Shown here: positions 34,997 to 35,975 of the stretch, in pieces | How positions within the stretch are numbered: position 1 is the stretch's first letter | Layout of the letters: each line of letters starts with the position of its first letter | Notes under the pieces: generated by a model | What the model saw: only the letters and a program-made list of their open reading frames with translations | What the model was told of the DNA's origin: nothing | The model's database searches: none | Made by a program: the position numbers and the translations under genes | Assembly (NCBI GenBank): GCA_017853515.1 | Contig: JAFMJK010000002.1 | Coordinates: 1 to 35,975, forward strand | Origin: Chthoniobacterales bacterium | Lineage (GTDB): Bacteria > Verrucomicrobiota > Verrucomicrobiia > Chthoniobacterales > JACTMZ01 | Length of the DNA: 35,975 nt | Direction of reading: 5' to 3'

Positions 34997-35812
34997 TCAG
35001 CTGCCGAGCGGTGGCACTGCCCGGATCGCGGCGGGCGCGGTGGCCAGTCCCAAAGCGCGACCAGCCACGCCGAGAAAACGGTCGGGCGGATCGGTGAAGC
35101 CGAGATCGAGCGATCCCTCTCCGTCACCGGCAAGAAGACCCTCCGAAGCAAGGCGCCGGGCCACCGCGCTGGCGCAATTCGCGGCGGAATCGACGAGAGC
35201 GAGCTCATATCCGAGCGCCTTTCCGATCGCTTCGGCAACCAGAGGATAGTGCGTGCAACCGAGCACGATCGTATCGGCATCGGTTTCGCGCAGCGGCGAG
35301 AGGTAGCGTCGCAAAACGGCATCGGTCACCTCGTCCTCGAACATTCCCTCCTCGATGAGCGGCACAAGCAGCGGACAGGCGATGCTGGTCACGCGGATAT
35401 CCGGGCACGCCGCCCGCAATCCTCTTTCGTAGGCACCGCTGCCGACGGTCGCCTTGGTCCCGATCACCGCAACGTGCCCCGATTTGGTGGCGGCGATGGC
35501 GGCGCGCACGCCGGGATCGATCACACCCTCGACGGGAACGGGAAGAACATCGCGCAAATGCGCCAAGGCAAGGGCGGATGCGGTGTTGCAGGCCACCACG
35601 ACCATTTTCGCGCCTTCCGAGACCATCATGGAGGCAATCTCCTCGCTGTAGCGTTCGATCGTTTTTTGCGACTTGCCGCCGTAAGGCACGCGCGCGGTGT
35701 CGCCGAGATAAACGATGGCTTCGGCCGGAAGTTCGCGCCGCAACGCGCCGACCACGGTCAAGCCACCGACTCCGGAATCAAAAACAGCGATCGGCGCTCT
35801 CATGTCAGGCAT
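34997..35812 (-). CDS. murI: Glutamate racemase
   Basis: IAVFDSGVGGLTV, VVACNTASA and LGCTHYPL contain both catalytic Cys motifs. The start is at MPDM (35812 or 35803). Confidence 0.9.
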   Translation of the reverse strand: MPDMRAPIAVFDSGVGGLTVVGALRRELPAEAIVYLGDTARVPYGGKSQKTIERYSEEIASMMVSEGAKMVVVACNTASALALAHLRDVLPVPVEGVIDPGVRAAIAATKSGHVAVIGTKATVGSGAYERGLRAACPDIRVTSIACPLLVPLIEEGMFEDEVTDAVLRRYLSPLRETDADTIVLGCTHYPLVAEAIGKALGYELALVDSAANCASAVARRLASEGLLAGDGEGSLDLGFTDPPDRFLGVAGRALGLATAPAAIRAVPPLGS

Positions 35813-35840
35813 CGCAGGCCGCGCCGGCGATGCTGGAAGA

Positions 35841-35975
35841 TCAGTAGTTCTGCTCGTTCTGCTGGGTTCCGAGCGCGTCGAACGCCAGCGGGATATTGAC
35901 CTGAGGGACATCCTTCAAGGTGATCATGAGCAGAACCCCGACGCCCACCTCCCCCCCCGACTGGCCGTTGAAAGT
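35841..35975 (-). CDS. 3' end of an unidentified gene running off the window edge
   Basis: Open minus-strand frame from the window end to the stop at 35841-35843, translating as ...TFNGQSGGEVGVGVLLMITLKDVPQVNIPLAFDALGTQQNEQNY. It is too short to identify and is absent from the ORF track, probably because of a length cutoff. Confidence 0.3.
   Translation of the reverse strand, partial: TFNGQSGGEVGVGVLLMITLKDVPQVNIPLAFDALGTQQNEQNY

Overview
GC-rich bacterial chromosomal segment. Third codon positions are almost all G/C, and every real gene casts long antisense shadow ORFs. It appears to come from a diderm organism. I cannot assign taxonomy from sequence alone. It is densely packed with about 31 protein-coding genes. 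I recognise no rRNA, tRNA, CRISPR array, transposase or integrase.

Most genes are housekeeping:
- Replication, segregation and repair: parA/soj, dnaB, ruvX, yebC.
- Translation and RNA: rplI, truA, rppH.
- Purine metabolism: purF-purM, adenosine deaminase, adenine deaminase.
- Envelope: murI, two unrelated peptidoglycan amidases, maf, a mannose-1-phosphate guanylyltransferase, and an nfeD-floA flotillin pair.

The stand-out is a tightly packed six-gene minus-strand operon (3461-16070). It contains:
- a 2562-aa single-module, fully reducing type I PKS with an embedded C-methyltransferase (KS-AT-DH-CMeT-ER-KR-ACP, no thioesterase);
- a free-standing NRPS-type condensation-domain protein;
- a three-His-box membrane fatty-acid desaturase;
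- a MacB/FtsX-type ABC transporter (ATPase plus permease);
- a secreted LolA-like protein.

I read this as a candidate pathway for making a methyl-branched, possibly desaturated, long-chain polyketide lipid and moving it toward the outer membrane. It is the best candidate here for an undescribed system.

Secondary observations are several structured intergenic elements:
- a nested double-hairpin element with compensatory stem changes;
- three tandem 9-mers in front of parA;
- a 21-bp perfect inverted repeat;
- a heptamer-repeat inverted repeat in front of ruvX.

All family calls come from motif and sequence recognition by eye. No searches were run. PKS domain boundaries are approximate.
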